A stretch of DNA of 32,000 nucleotides from Longivirga aurantiaca. Its GTDB lineage: Bacteria > Actinomycetota > Actinomycetes > S36-B12 > CAIYMF01. The stretch's first letter is position 1, and each line of letters opens with the position of its first letter. Shown piece after piece: positions 16,667 through 24,662 of this stretch. Under the pieces are notes generated by a model that had not been told where the DNA came from, did no database searches, and saw nothing but the letters and a program-made list of their open reading frames with translations. The translations under genes and the position numbers were made by a program. The stretch covers positions 330,001 to 362,000 of the forward strand of contig NZ_JBHSTI010000002.1 in the NCBI RefSeq assembly GCF_042660085.1. The letters run 5' to 3'.

Positions 16667-16672
16667 AACCTA
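16667..16672 (-). promoter_or_regulatory. candidate -10 hexamer (TAGGTT on minus strand) for a leaderless transcript
   Basis: TANNNT hexamer 7 nt upstream of the ATG at 16659. No SD. Confidence 0.3.
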
Positions 16673-16725
16673 CGCGTGTCCCGGTCGAACCAGCGAACCG
16701 GCGAAATCGGCGCCATCCGGATCGG

Positions 16726-16778
16726 GCGATGAAGGGTGACTTCGTTGCGCTCTGAGCAACGAAGGGCCCCTTCATCGC
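16726..16778. promoter_or_regulatory. 53-bp composite palindrome in a divergent promoter region
   Basis: GCGATGAAGGG-TGA-CTTCGTTGC-GCTCTGA-GCAACGAAG-GGC-CCCTTCATCGC. The outer 11-bp and inner 9-bp arms are both perfect complements. GC is locally lower. Confidence 0.5.
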
Positions 16779-16800
16779 AAACGGGGGAGGCGGGGGCGCA

Positions 16801-16806
16801 TAGGGT
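16801..16806 (+). promoter_or_regulatory. candidate -10 hexamer (TAGGGT) for a leaderless transcript
   Basis: TANNNT hexamer 6 nt upstream of the GTG at 16813. No SD. Confidence 0.3.
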
Positions 16807-16812
16807 CACGGG

Positions 16813-17451
16813 GTGCGCGTGATCGGGTTCGACCTCGACATGACGATCGTGGACTCGTCCGAGGCGATCGTCGACAGCGTCGCGGCCGTCGGCAGGCGCT
16901 GGGACGTGCCCATCGACGAGGGATGGCTGCGCGCGACCCTCGGCCTCCCGCTCGACCTCGTCTTCCCGCAGCTCGTCCCCGAGATCCCGTACGCCGAGGC
17001 CCTCGAGGTCTACCGCGCGCGCTACCTGAGCCACGGCCTCGCCATGCACGACGTCCTCCCGGGGGCGCGCGAGTCGCTCGAGACGGTCGTGGCCGACGGG
17101 TTCTCGATCCTCGTCGTCAGCGCGAAGAAGGACACGCATGTCCGGGCGGTGCTGCAGTCGGTCGATCTCGACCACCTCGTCGCCGAGGTCGTCGGCGAGC
17201 GCTTCGCCGAAGGCAAGTCCGAGTCGCTGCGCGAGTTCGCGGCCGAGGCCTACGTCGGCGACCACCCCGGTGACGTCCGCGGCGCCCTCGGGGCCGGAGC
17301 GGTCGCGATCGCGGTCGCGACGGGCCCCACGTCGGCGTCCGAGCTCGCAGCCGCGGGTGCGGACGTCGTGCTCGACGACCTGACCACCTTCGTGCCCTGG
17401 TGGCGCGCCTGGCTCGACGGCGCCGATGCGCCTGCGGAGGAGACGGCATGA
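16813..17451 (+). CDS. HAD family hydrolase (phosphoglycolate-phosphatase-like)
   Basis: Motif I is GFDLDMTIVDS (DxDxT). SAK occurs in motif III context and GDHPGD near the C-terminus. Confidence 0.85.
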   Translation: MRVIGFDLDMTIVDSSEAIVDSVAAVGRRWDVPIDEGWLRATLGLPLDLVFPQLVPEIPYAEALEVYRARYLSHGLAMHDVLPGARESLETVVADGFSILVVSAKKDTHVRAVLQSVDLDHLVAEVVGERFAEGKSESLREFAAEAYVGDHPGDVRGALGAGAVAIAVATGPTSASELAAAGADVVLDDLTTFVPWWRAWLDGADAPAEETA

Positions 17452-18428
17452 GGCTGCTCGTGATCGGCGGCACCCGGTTCGTCGGCAGGCACGTCGTCGA
17501 GGCGGCGCTGCGGCGCGGCCACGAGGTCACGCTCGTCCACCGCACCGCCACCGATCTGTTCCCCGGTGCCGAGCACGTCCTCGCCGACCGCGACGGCGAC
17601 CTCGGCGCGCTCGACGGCCGCACGTTCGACGCGACGGCCGACATCTGCGCCTACTTCCCGCGCCAGGTGCGCCACGTCGTCGACACCCTCGGCGAGCGCG
17701 CCGGGCGCTACCTGCTCATCTCCTCGACCTCGGTGTACGCCGAGCCCGCGGGCCCGGCGTTCGACGAGTCGTCGCCCACCGTCCTCGCCGCGGGAGACGA
17801 CGTCGACGTCGTGACCGACTCGACGTACGGGCCGCTCAAGGTGGCCTGCGAGGAGGTGGCGCGCGAGCTGCTCGGCGACCGCGCCACCGTCGTGCGTCCG
17901 ACGTACGTCGTCGGGCCGTGGGACCACACGCAGCGCTTCACGCACTGGGTGCGCCGGCTGTCCGAGGGCGGCGAGGTGCTCGGGCCGGGCAACCCCGGCG
18001 ACCCGCTGCAGGTGGTCGACGCGCGCGACCTCGGGCGGTTCGTGGTCGACCTCCTCGAGAAGGACGTCGCCGGCACGTTCCACGCGGTGACGCCGCAGCC
18101 GCCGTACACGTTCGGCGACATGCTGGCCGACGTGCTCGCCGTGGTCGCGCCGTCGGGCACCACCATCACGTGGGTCGACCAGGCCTGGCTGCTCGAGCAG
18201 GGCGAGTCCGACGCCACGATCCCGCTCTGGGGCGGCGGCGACCCGTGGATCCTCGCGAACGCCGCGAGCCCGGCCGCCTCGGTCGCCGCGGGCATGAAGA
18301 ACCGGTCGGTGCGCCAGAGCGCCGTCGAGGTGCTCGACCACCTGCGCGCAGGGCCCACGACCGGATCGGACCCCGGCATGACCCGTGAGCGCGAGGCCGA
18401 GCTGCTGGCCGCCTGGCACGCCCGCTGA
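17448..18428 (+). CDS. NAD-dependent epimerase/dehydratase family protein
   Basis: ATG at 17448 overlaps the HAD stop (ATGA). The product starts MRLLVIGGTRFVGRHVV (GxxGxxG Rossmann), with a YGPLK (YxxxK-like) motif. Confidence 0.85.
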   Translation: MRLLVIGGTRFVGRHVVEAALRRGHEVTLVHRTATDLFPGAEHVLADRDGDLGALDGRTFDATADICAYFPRQVRHVVDTLGERAGRYLLISSTSVYAEPAGPAFDESSPTVLAAGDDVDVVTDSTYGPLKVACEEVARELLGDRATVVRPTYVVGPWDHTQRFTHWVRRLSEGGEVLGPGNPGDPLQVVDARDLGRFVVDLLEKDVAGTFHAVTPQPPYTFGDMLADVLAVVAPSGTTITWVDQAWLLEQGESDATIPLWGGGDPWILANAASPAASVAAGMKNRSVRQSAVEVLDHLRAGPTTGSDPGMTREREAELLAAWHAR

Positions 18429-18546
18429 CCCGCCGTACCGCCCGCAGCCCGGTTCTCGGTTGGGGTGGTGGCGGGCTGGCCGATAGCCTGAGCGGACGCC
18501 ATCGAGGCCCGGGGGGCCTCCTGACGACAGACGGGACGTGAGTGCG

Positions 18547-18930
18547 GTGCCGACCGGCAAGGTCAAGTGGTACGACAGTGAGAAGGGCTTCGGCTTCCTC
18601 GCCACCGAGGAGGGCGACGAGGTCTTCGTGCACGCCTCGGCGCTGCCCGCCGGTCTCGAGGCGCTCAAGCCGGGGTCGCGGGTCGAGTTCGGCATCGCCG
18701 ACGGCAAGCGCGGCCCGCAGGCCCTGTCGATCCGGCTCCTCGACGCCCCGCCCAGCGTGGCCAAGGCTGCTCGCAAGCCCGCCGAGGACATGGCCGTGAT
18801 CCTCGAGGACCTCATCAAGCTCCTCGACGGCACCTCGAACTCGCTGCGCCGTGGCCGCTACCCCGACGACAAGCACTCGCGGCAGATCGCGATGATGCTG
18901 CGCAAGGTCGCCGACGACATCGACGCGTAG
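18547..18930 (+). CDS. cold-shock domain protein with C-terminal extension (orthologue of M. tuberculosis CspB/Rv0871 type)
   Basis: GTG at 18547 gives (M)PTGKVKWYDSEKGFGFLATEEGDEVFVHASALP...GKRGPQALSIRLL...RRGRYPDDKHSR, colinear with Rv0871 as I recall it. The track ORF starts 9 nt earlier, at GTG 18538. Confidence 0.9.
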   Translation: MPTGKVKWYDSEKGFGFLATEEGDEVFVHASALPAGLEALKPGSRVEFGIADGKRGPQALSIRLLDAPPSVAKAARKPAEDMAVILEDLIKLLDGTSNSLRRGRYPDDKHSRQIAMMLRKVADDIDA

Positions 18931-18950
18931 CCGTACGCCCCGGAGCGAGA

Positions 18951-18986
18951 CGAGGCCGCCGTCACCCGCGAGGGACGGCGGCCTCG
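18951..18986 (+). terminator. hairpin terminator after the cold-shock gene
   Basis: 13-bp perfect stem CGAGGCCGCCGTC / GACGGCGGCCTCG with a 10-nt loop. Confidence 0.7.
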
Positions 18987-19038
18987 CTGCGGGCGGGCGG
19001 GGCCGCCGGAGAGGGCCGCGTGGCACTCGGAGGGCCCC

Positions 19039-20124
19039 GTGGGCGAGGATGGCCCCGTGACCTCCCTGGATCTTGGCAACGCAGCCGCCGTGCTCGGCAA
19101 CGCAGCCGCCGTCGACCTCGCCCGCGCAGCGGCGCTCGAGGTCGCCCCGGCCGCGCAGGTCGGCGAGCACGTGGGCGTCGTCGCAGATGCCGACCCCGAC
19201 ATCGCCACCCACCGGTTCGCCTGCCTCAACACCGCCTACGCCGGCTGGCACTGGTCGGTCACCGTCGTGCGCGTGCCCGGCGCGGAGACCGCCACCGTGT
19301 CCGAGGTCGTGCTGCTGCCCGGAGACGGCGCGCTGCTTCCCCCGCCCTGGGTGCCGTGGAACGAGAGGGTGCGCCCGGGCGACCTCGGCCCCGGCGACCT
19401 GCACCCCACTGCCCCGGACGACCCTCGCCTCGAGCCGGGCTACACCGGCGCGGACTTCCTCGAGGAGCTCGACGACCCGACGTACCCCGGCGTCGTCCTG
19501 CGCCCCGAGCAGTGGGAGCTCGGCCTCGGCCGTGAGCGCGTGCTCTCCGTGCTCGGCCGCGATCTCGCCGTCGAGCGCTGGTACGAGGGCGACCACGGCC
19601 CCGCGTCGGCCATGGCCAAGGGCGCGCCCGCGTCCTGCACGAGCTGCGGATTCCTGATGCCCATCGGCGGGCTCGTCGGTCAGGCGTTCGGCGTGTGCGC
19701 CAACCCCTTCGGTGCGGACGGCTCGGTCGTCTCGCTGGAGTACGGCTGCGGCGCGCACTCCAGCGTGCGCGAGATCGAGGGCACCGGGATCCCGGTCACC
19801 GAGATCGTCGTCGACGACTACGGCTTCGTCGAGGTGCACGCACGCGCGATGGTCGCCGACGCGACCGAGGACGAGGTGGTCACCTCGCAGGTCGTCATCG
19901 AGGACGGCGATGGCGGGGCAGACGTCGTGCTGCTCGACGACGAGGCGACGGGGGAGGACGTCGCCGACATCGCGCTCGACGACGACGACCTCGAGGCGGT
20001 GCACGAGATCGCCGACCCCGAGTCGCTGGTCGACGCGCACGACGACGAGGACGACGATCTCGAGGACGACGCGCAGGCGGAGACGCTCGAGGACGTGCTC
20101 GACCTCGACCCGGACGACCTCTAG
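19039..20124 (+). CDS. DUF3027 domain protein with acidic C-terminal tail
   Basis: Track ORF. The Cys-rich core is CTSCGFLMPIGGLVGQAFGVCANPFGADGSVVSLEYGCGAHS. The C-terminus is D/E-rich. The start is uncertain (GTG 19039). Confidence 0.8.
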   Translation: MGEDGPVTSLDLGNAAAVLGNAAAVDLARAAALEVAPAAQVGEHVGVVADADPDIATHRFACLNTAYAGWHWSVTVVRVPGAETATVSEVVLLPGDGALLPPPWVPWNERVRPGDLGPGDLHPTAPDDPRLEPGYTGADFLEELDDPTYPGVVLRPEQWELGLGRERVLSVLGRDLAVERWYEGDHGPASAMAKGAPASCTSCGFLMPIGGLVGQAFGVCANPFGADGSVVSLEYGCGAHSSVREIEGTGIPVTEIVVDDYGFVEVHARAMVADATEDEVVTSQVVIEDGDGGADVVLLDDEATGEDVADIALDDDDLEAVHEIADPESLVDAHDDEDDDLEDDAQAETLEDVLDLDPDDL

Positions 20125-20127
20125 CCG

Positions 20128-20400
20128 CTAGGCGTCGGGCGTGGCGGGCGTCGCTGCGCGTCGGTAGGCGTCGCGCCGGCGGCGTACGTACCAGAGCCCG
20201 GCCAGGCCGAGCACCGCGCCTGTGAGGCAGACCCAGGTCCACCAGCCGTTGCCGGCGTCGGCGAGCGGTCCGCGGAGGACGAGGCAGAGCACCAGCCCCA
20301 CCGCCCAGGCCGCGGTGCCCACGGCCACGGCCCCCACGCCGTCGACGTCGAGGGGTGCCACCTCAGGGGTGGTGTCGGCGTCGGTCGGGGTGTCCTCCAC
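20128..20400 (-). CDS. small two-TM membrane protein (DUF2530-like)
   Basis: Track ORF with two hydrophobic helices (VGAVAVGTAAWAVGLVLCLVL; WWTWVCLTGAVLGLAGLWYV) followed by RRRRD. The family call is tentative. Confidence 0.65.
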   Translation of the reverse strand: MEDTPTDADTTPEVAPLDVDGVGAVAVGTAAWAVGLVLCLVLRGPLADAGNGWWTWVCLTGAVLGLAGLWYVRRRRDAYRRAATPATPDA

Positions 20401-20440
20401 GGGTGCAGGCTACCTCCGCGCGGCACGTAGGCTGACCGTC

Positions 20441-20530
20441 GTGGACCCCCGGACGCGACGCATGGTGACGCTCGGCGTCCTGGCCCTGTCGATCGCGCTC
20501 GTCGTGGCCGCAGCCGTGCTCAACCGCTGA
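20441..20530 (+). CDS. possible leaderless micro-ORF encoding a single-TM peptide (29 aa from GTG 20441, or 22 aa from ATG 20462)
   Basis: TAGGCT hexamer at 20428-20433 lies 7 nt before the GTG. The product is VDPRTRRMVTLGVLALSIALVVAAAVLNR. It forms the 3' part of track ORF 20222..20530. Confidence 0.25.
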   Translation: MDPRTRRMVTLGVLALSIALVVAAAVLNR

Positions 20531-20534
20531 CCCG

Positions 20535-21086
20535 TCAGCCCACCTGGAGCAGCAGCACCTTCTGGCCCGGCTTCCAGGCGTCCGTGCTCGTGAACTGCAC
20601 CGGCACGGTCTCTCCTGCCGGCACGTCGGTCACCCGCGCGGTGGTCGTGGCGATGTGCTCGCCGTCCACGTAGATGTAGAGGATCAGGTCGGCGCTGCGC
20701 GTGCCGGTCGAGGTGTTGCGCGCCGTGGTGTCGACACCGATCGCACCGGCGGTGTTGGTGATCCGCCAGGAGCCGAGCCGCCACCCGTCGGCGGAGGTCG
20801 TCGTGGTGGCAGGTGCCGGGGGCACGGATCCGGTCGCCGTGGGCGCCGCGGACGAGGTGGTGGGTGTCGGCTTCACCGAGGCCGACGAGTCGCTGGTCGG
20901 GGCCGGCGCGCTCGTGCTCGTCGTGGGCGTCGAGGTGCGGGACGGTGACGCCGAGGGTGAGGACCCGCCCGCGAGCCCCCACACAGCGCCGATGGCGAGG
21001 CCGGCCAGTGCGGCCAGCACGAGGGAGACGACCACGAGTGCGCCGGCGGGCATCGCGCCCTCGGCACCGTTCGGTCGGCGGATCAC
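20535..21086 (-). CDS. membrane-anchored protein with Ser/Thr/Pro-rich linker and beta-rich C-terminal domain (hypothetical)
   Basis: Track ORF. N-terminal TM helix ALVVVSLVLAALAGLAIGAVWGL, an STP-rich stretch of about 60 aa, then WRITNTAGAIGVDTTARNTSTGTRSADLILYIYVDG... An alternative start is ATG 21053. Confidence 0.7.
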   Translation of the reverse strand: MIRRPNGAEGAMPAGALVVVSLVLAALAGLAIGAVWGLAGGSSPSASPSRTSTPTTSTSAPAPTSDSSASVKPTPTTSSAAPTATGSVPPAPATTTTSADGWRLGSWRITNTAGAIGVDTTARNTSTGTRSADLILYIYVDGEHIATTTARVTDVPAGETVPVQFTSTDAWKPGQKVLLLQVG

Positions 21087-21169
21087 GCGCTCACCCTAGG
21101 CGGCGCCGTGCGCCGGAGTCACCGCTATCGCCGGGGACCGGCGTCGGCGGGCAGTGGCAGGATCAGGGG

Positions 21170-21946
21170 GTGACCACGCAGCCCAGCCTCGACAGCACCC
21201 GCCTCGGCACCGACGAGTACCTCGCCCATCTCGACGCCGACTTCGAGGCGATGCTCGAGGCGTCGACCGACCTCGGCGCCGAGGTCCCCGGCTGCCCCGG
21301 ATGGGACGTCGCGGCGCTGCTCTCGCACGTGCTGGGGGTCTATCGCCACAAGCTCGAGACGCTGCGCACCGACGCGAACCCGGGCGACCGGTCCGAGGGC
21401 GGCTGGGGCGTCGTCCCCGAGGGCGTCGACGTGCGGGACGAGATCCGCACGACGTACGTCGAGCTCCGCGAGATCCTGTCGGCGCGCGACGCCGACGAGC
21501 CGACCTTCGCCTGGTGGCCGTCGGAGCAGACCGTCGGCTTCTGGCACCGGCGGATGGCGCAGGAGACCACTGTGCACCGCTGGGACGCCGAGTCGGCCAC
21601 CGACGGGCCCGACGGCGCCGGCGACGTGCCGGAGGATCTCGCGGCCGACGGTGTCGACGAGCTGCTCGGCTGGCTGCGCTGGCCGTGGGACGACGTCCCG
21701 CAGCCCGGGGCGACAGGGCAGCGGGTGCTGGTGGCGGCCGACGACCACTCATGGACGGTCACGCTCAACGAGACCAGCGTCGAGGTGGTCGGCGGCGCGG
21801 GCGAGGCCGACGCGCTGGTGGCAGGCCCGGCGTCCGGCCTGCTGCTCTACCTGTGGGGGAGGCCGGGGGAGCATGGGATCGCGACCACCGGAGACGAGAC
21901 GGCGATCCGCCTGCTGCGCGAGCGTCTCCTGATGGCGACGTCGTAG
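21170..21946 (+). CDS. maleylpyruvate isomerase family mycothiol-dependent enzyme (DinB/MDMPI_N fold)
   Basis: GTG at 21170 inside track ORF 20813..21946. The product contains YLAHLDADFEAMLEA...VPGCPGWDVAALLSHV...WHRRMAQETTVHRWDAE, the typical TIGR03083-type pattern. Confidence 0.8.
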   Translation: MTTQPSLDSTRLGTDEYLAHLDADFEAMLEASTDLGAEVPGCPGWDVAALLSHVLGVYRHKLETLRTDANPGDRSEGGWGVVPEGVDVRDEIRTTYVELREILSARDADEPTFAWWPSEQTVGFWHRRMAQETTVHRWDAESATDGPDGAGDVPEDLAADGVDELLGWLRWPWDDVPQPGATGQRVLVAADDHSWTVTLNETSVEVVGGAGEADALVAGPASGLLLYLWGRPGEHGIATTGDETAIRLLRERLLMATS

Positions 21947-23200
21947 GTGGCGGCCCCCTGGCCCGACGTGCGCGCGGAGGTGCGCGCGCTCCTGCTCGAC
22001 GACTCCCGGCTCGTGCGCGCGGTCGCGGCGGGCCGGCGTCGCGGTGTGCCGCTGGAGTGGAAGCGCGCCGAGCTGCGGCCGGTCGACCTCAAGGCCGGAC
22101 GCCGGCTGCAGGTGGTGACGTACGACGAGCGTCAGGCGCACACCGCCAACCACGACGCCGACACCGCGCCCGCAGCGGTCGACGCGCTGCTCGACCAGGG
22201 CTTCGGCAACTGGCACCTCGAGACGGCCACCGACGTGATGCAGGTGCGCATCACCAAGAAGGGCGACGCGCAGGTGCACCGCGCACCGCGGGTCGACGCG
22301 GTCGAGGACGTCCCGGTCGCGCACGACCGCGCCAAGCCCCGGCTGCTCGACGTCGAGCACCCCGACGTCAAGGCCTACCTCATGGCGGTCGGCGTCGCCG
22401 ACTCCCTCGGCCGCCTCAAGCCGACCAAGCAGGACAAGTACCGCCAGGTCGAGCAGTTCGTGCGGCTGCTCGACAGCGCGGTCGAGGACGCCCGCGTCGC
22501 ACGAGCCCTGCGCGAGCCGACGCCCGAGAGCCCCTGGCGCGTCGTTGATCTCGGCTGCGGCAACGCCTACCTCACCATCGGGGCCTTCGTGTGGCTGGCG
22601 AAGGTGCGGGGCATCCCCGTGGTCGTGCACGGGGTCGACGTCCGCGAGTCGTTCGCCGAGCGCAACTCCTCGCTCGCCGCCCGCCTCGGCTGGAGCGACG
22701 GGCTCACCTTCGAGGCCGCGACCATCGCGGACGCCTCCGACGACCCGCGCGCGGACGTCGTCGTCGCGCTGCACGCGTGCGACACCGCCACCGACGACGC
22801 GCTCGCCCGCGCTGTGCGGTGGGAGTCGCCGGTGGTGCTGGCCGCGCCGTGCTGCCACCACGACCTGCAGACCCAGGTGACCCGCGCGTCGACCCCGTCA
22901 CCGTTCGGCCTGCTCACGCGCTACGGCCTGCTGCGCGAGCGGTTCGTCGACGTGCTGACCGACGGCATCCGGGCGTCTCTGCTGCGGATCGTCGGCTACC
23001 GCGTCGAGACGGTCGAGTTCGTGAGCGACCAGCACACCCCGCGCAACCTCCTGCTGCGCGCCGTGCGCACGGGCGCCCCGGCCACGGCGACCGACCTCTC
23101 CGACTACGACCGTCTCGTCGACGAGTGGGCTGTGCAGCCCGCGCTCGCGACGCGCATCGAGCCGCAGCTGGTCGAGGCTCGCGCCCGGGCCAAGGCCTGA
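21947..23200 (+). CDS. class I SAM-dependent methyltransferase with N-terminal extension
   Basis: GTG immediately follows the upstream stop. Motif I is RVVDLGCGNAYL. HACDTATDDAL and APCCHHDLQ are as in Methyltransf_32-type proteins. Confidence 0.8.
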   Translation: MAAPWPDVRAEVRALLLDDSRLVRAVAAGRRRGVPLEWKRAELRPVDLKAGRRLQVVTYDERQAHTANHDADTAPAAVDALLDQGFGNWHLETATDVMQVRITKKGDAQVHRAPRVDAVEDVPVAHDRAKPRLLDVEHPDVKAYLMAVGVADSLGRLKPTKQDKYRQVEQFVRLLDSAVEDARVARALREPTPESPWRVVDLGCGNAYLTIGAFVWLAKVRGIPVVVHGVDVRESFAERNSSLAARLGWSDGLTFEAATIADASDDPRADVVVALHACDTATDDALARAVRWESPVVLAAPCCHHDLQTQVTRASTPSPFGLLTRYGLLRERFVDVLTDGIRASLLRIVGYRVETVEFVSDQHTPRNLLLRAVRTGAPATATDLSDYDRLVDEWAVQPALATRIEPQLVEARARAKA

Positions 23201-23205
23201 TCCTC

Positions 23206-24216
23206 GTGCGCCGCACGGCATCCCGGGTGCTGCTCGCGCTGCTTGTCACCGTGCTGGCCACCGCTGCGGCTCCGGCGTACGCGGCGGACGACGCCGACGT
23301 CGTCTGCCGGATCACCGACGAGCGGCTCGCGGAGATCAGCGGCATCACGTGGTCGGCGAAGCACGACGGCGTGTGGTGGGTGCACGCCGACTCGGGCAAC
23401 GGGCCGTACGTCTATGCGCTCGACGGCACGACCTGCGACGTTCTGGCCCGCGTGCGGGTGTCGAACATCGATGCGCGCGACCTCGAGGCGATCGGCACGG
23501 GGGTCGACCCGCAGGGCCGGAAGGTGCTGTGGCTGGCCGACATCGGCGACAACCGCGACTCGTGGCCCGAGGTGCGGCTGCACGCGATCCTCGAGCCCAG
23601 CAGGCTGGTCGACCAGCAGGTGCGGGCGACGACGTACCGCTTCAGCTACCCCGACCAGCCGCACAACGCCGAGGCGATCCTGGTGTCGCCGACCAGCGCC
23701 GAGGTCTGGGTCGTCACCAAGCAGCTCGCGCGCGGCGCGGTCTACCGCGTGCCGCTGTCGACGTCCGGCGTGGCGACGGCGAAGCGCGTCGGCGAGGTGG
23801 GCGGGCTCGTCACCGACGCCGCGATGGCGCCGGACGGCTCGCGCTTCGTGATCCGCGACTACTTCGCGGCCAAGCTCTTCGACGCGCCGGTGAGCGCCGC
23901 ATCGTTGAAGGCCGGGACGCCCGTGGCTCTGCCCGACCAGCCGCAGGGCGAGGCGGTCTCGTTCACCCGCGACGGCAGCGCGCTCGTGGCGGCCTCCGAG
24001 GGCGACGACCGGTTGCTGCGCGTCCCGGTCGAGGCGGCAGCATCGCCCACGCCGTCCGGTTCCTCGTCCTCCGCCGATCCGTCGCCGACATCGACCTCGT
24101 CGCCCGCCGGGCCGTCTGACGACGGACCGGGCGCGCTGCGGCTCGGCCTCGCGGCGTTCGCGGTCCTGCTGGCGGGCGCCGGCGTCGTCGTGGCGTCCCG
24201 CCGGATGAGGCACTGA
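23206..24216 (+). CDS. exported protein, probable beta-propeller fold, with signal peptide and C-terminal membrane anchor (hypothetical)
   Basis: GTG at 23206 inside track ORF 22591..24216. The signal peptide is VRRTASRVLLALLVTVLATAAAPAYA-AD. An STP-rich stalk is followed by LRLGLAAFAVLLAGAGVVVASRR at the C-terminus. Confidence 0.75.
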   Translation: MRRTASRVLLALLVTVLATAAAPAYAADDADVVCRITDERLAEISGITWSAKHDGVWWVHADSGNGPYVYALDGTTCDVLARVRVSNIDARDLEAIGTGVDPQGRKVLWLADIGDNRDSWPEVRLHAILEPSRLVDQQVRATTYRFSYPDQPHNAEAILVSPTSAEVWVVTKQLARGAVYRVPLSTSGVATAKRVGEVGGLVTDAAMAPDGSRFVIRDYFAAKLFDAPVSAASLKAGTPVALPDQPQGEAVSFTRDGSALVAASEGDDRLLRVPVEAAASPTPSGSSSSADPSPTSTSSPAGPSDDGPGALRLGLAAFAVLLAGAGVVVASRRMRH

Positions 24217-24287
24217 CCTCCACGCCCGAGGGCATGCGCTGCGCCATGCTGGGCACGAACGGCTCGTCGGGCCGGTGAGGGGGAGCG

Positions 24288-24587
24288 GTGAGCAGGTACC
24301 AGTGGCGGTTCGTGTGGGCTGCGGTCGCGGCGTACGCCGTGGCCATCGCGATCCAGTGGGTGGGGCGTCCGCAGCTCAGCATGGAGTCCGGGGACACGAC
24401 GTGGCTGATCCTCCAGTCGATGCTCGGGCAGATCGCGTTCTGGCTCGGCAACCTCTTCGCCGGCGGTGCCGTGCTGCTCGCCGTGCTGCGCTCGGACCGG
24501 GCCGACCAGTACGAGCTCGACTCGGACGAGCCGTTCGAGCCCGACGACACCGAGCCTGAGGGCCCCTTCGCCGGGATGATCGACTGA
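24288..24587 (+). CDS. small membrane protein with acidic tail (hypothetical)
   Basis: Track ORF with GTG start preceded by GAGGGGGAG. It has two or three hydrophobic helices and then DQYELDSDEPFEPDDTEPEGPF. Confidence 0.6.
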   Translation: MSRYQWRFVWAAVAAYAVAIAIQWVGRPQLSMESGDTTWLILQSMLGQIAFWLGNLFAGGAVLLAVLRSDRADQYELDSDEPFEPDDTEPEGPFAGMID

Positions 24588-24662
24588 CGCGTTCGGCCAC
24601 CCGTGCGGCGGCCGGTCGGGCATCCTGGGCGCACGGCCGTTACGTCCGATGGGGGATTCGCC

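Noticed and set aside
16685-16699. SOS-box-like TCGAAC-CAGC-GAACCG upstream of the XPB-partner gene
   Set aside because: The actinobacterial LexA consensus is palindromic (TCGAAC-N4-GTTCGA). Here the second half is a direct, not inverted, repeat. I also found no convincing RecA-independent (TGTCGGTG-N8-TANNNT) promoter at either helicase-module gene.
16660-17265. N-terminal 202 codons of track ORF 14191..17265
   Set aside because: It is antisense to the HAD hydrolase gene and crosses the divergent intergenic region. The homologous protein begins at MTTRRPDAAGG (16659).
18166-20040. 624-aa minus-strand ORF over the epimerase end, cold-shock gene and DUF3027 gene
   Set aside because: It spans a strong terminator and two well-supported plus-strand genes. 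It has no motifs.
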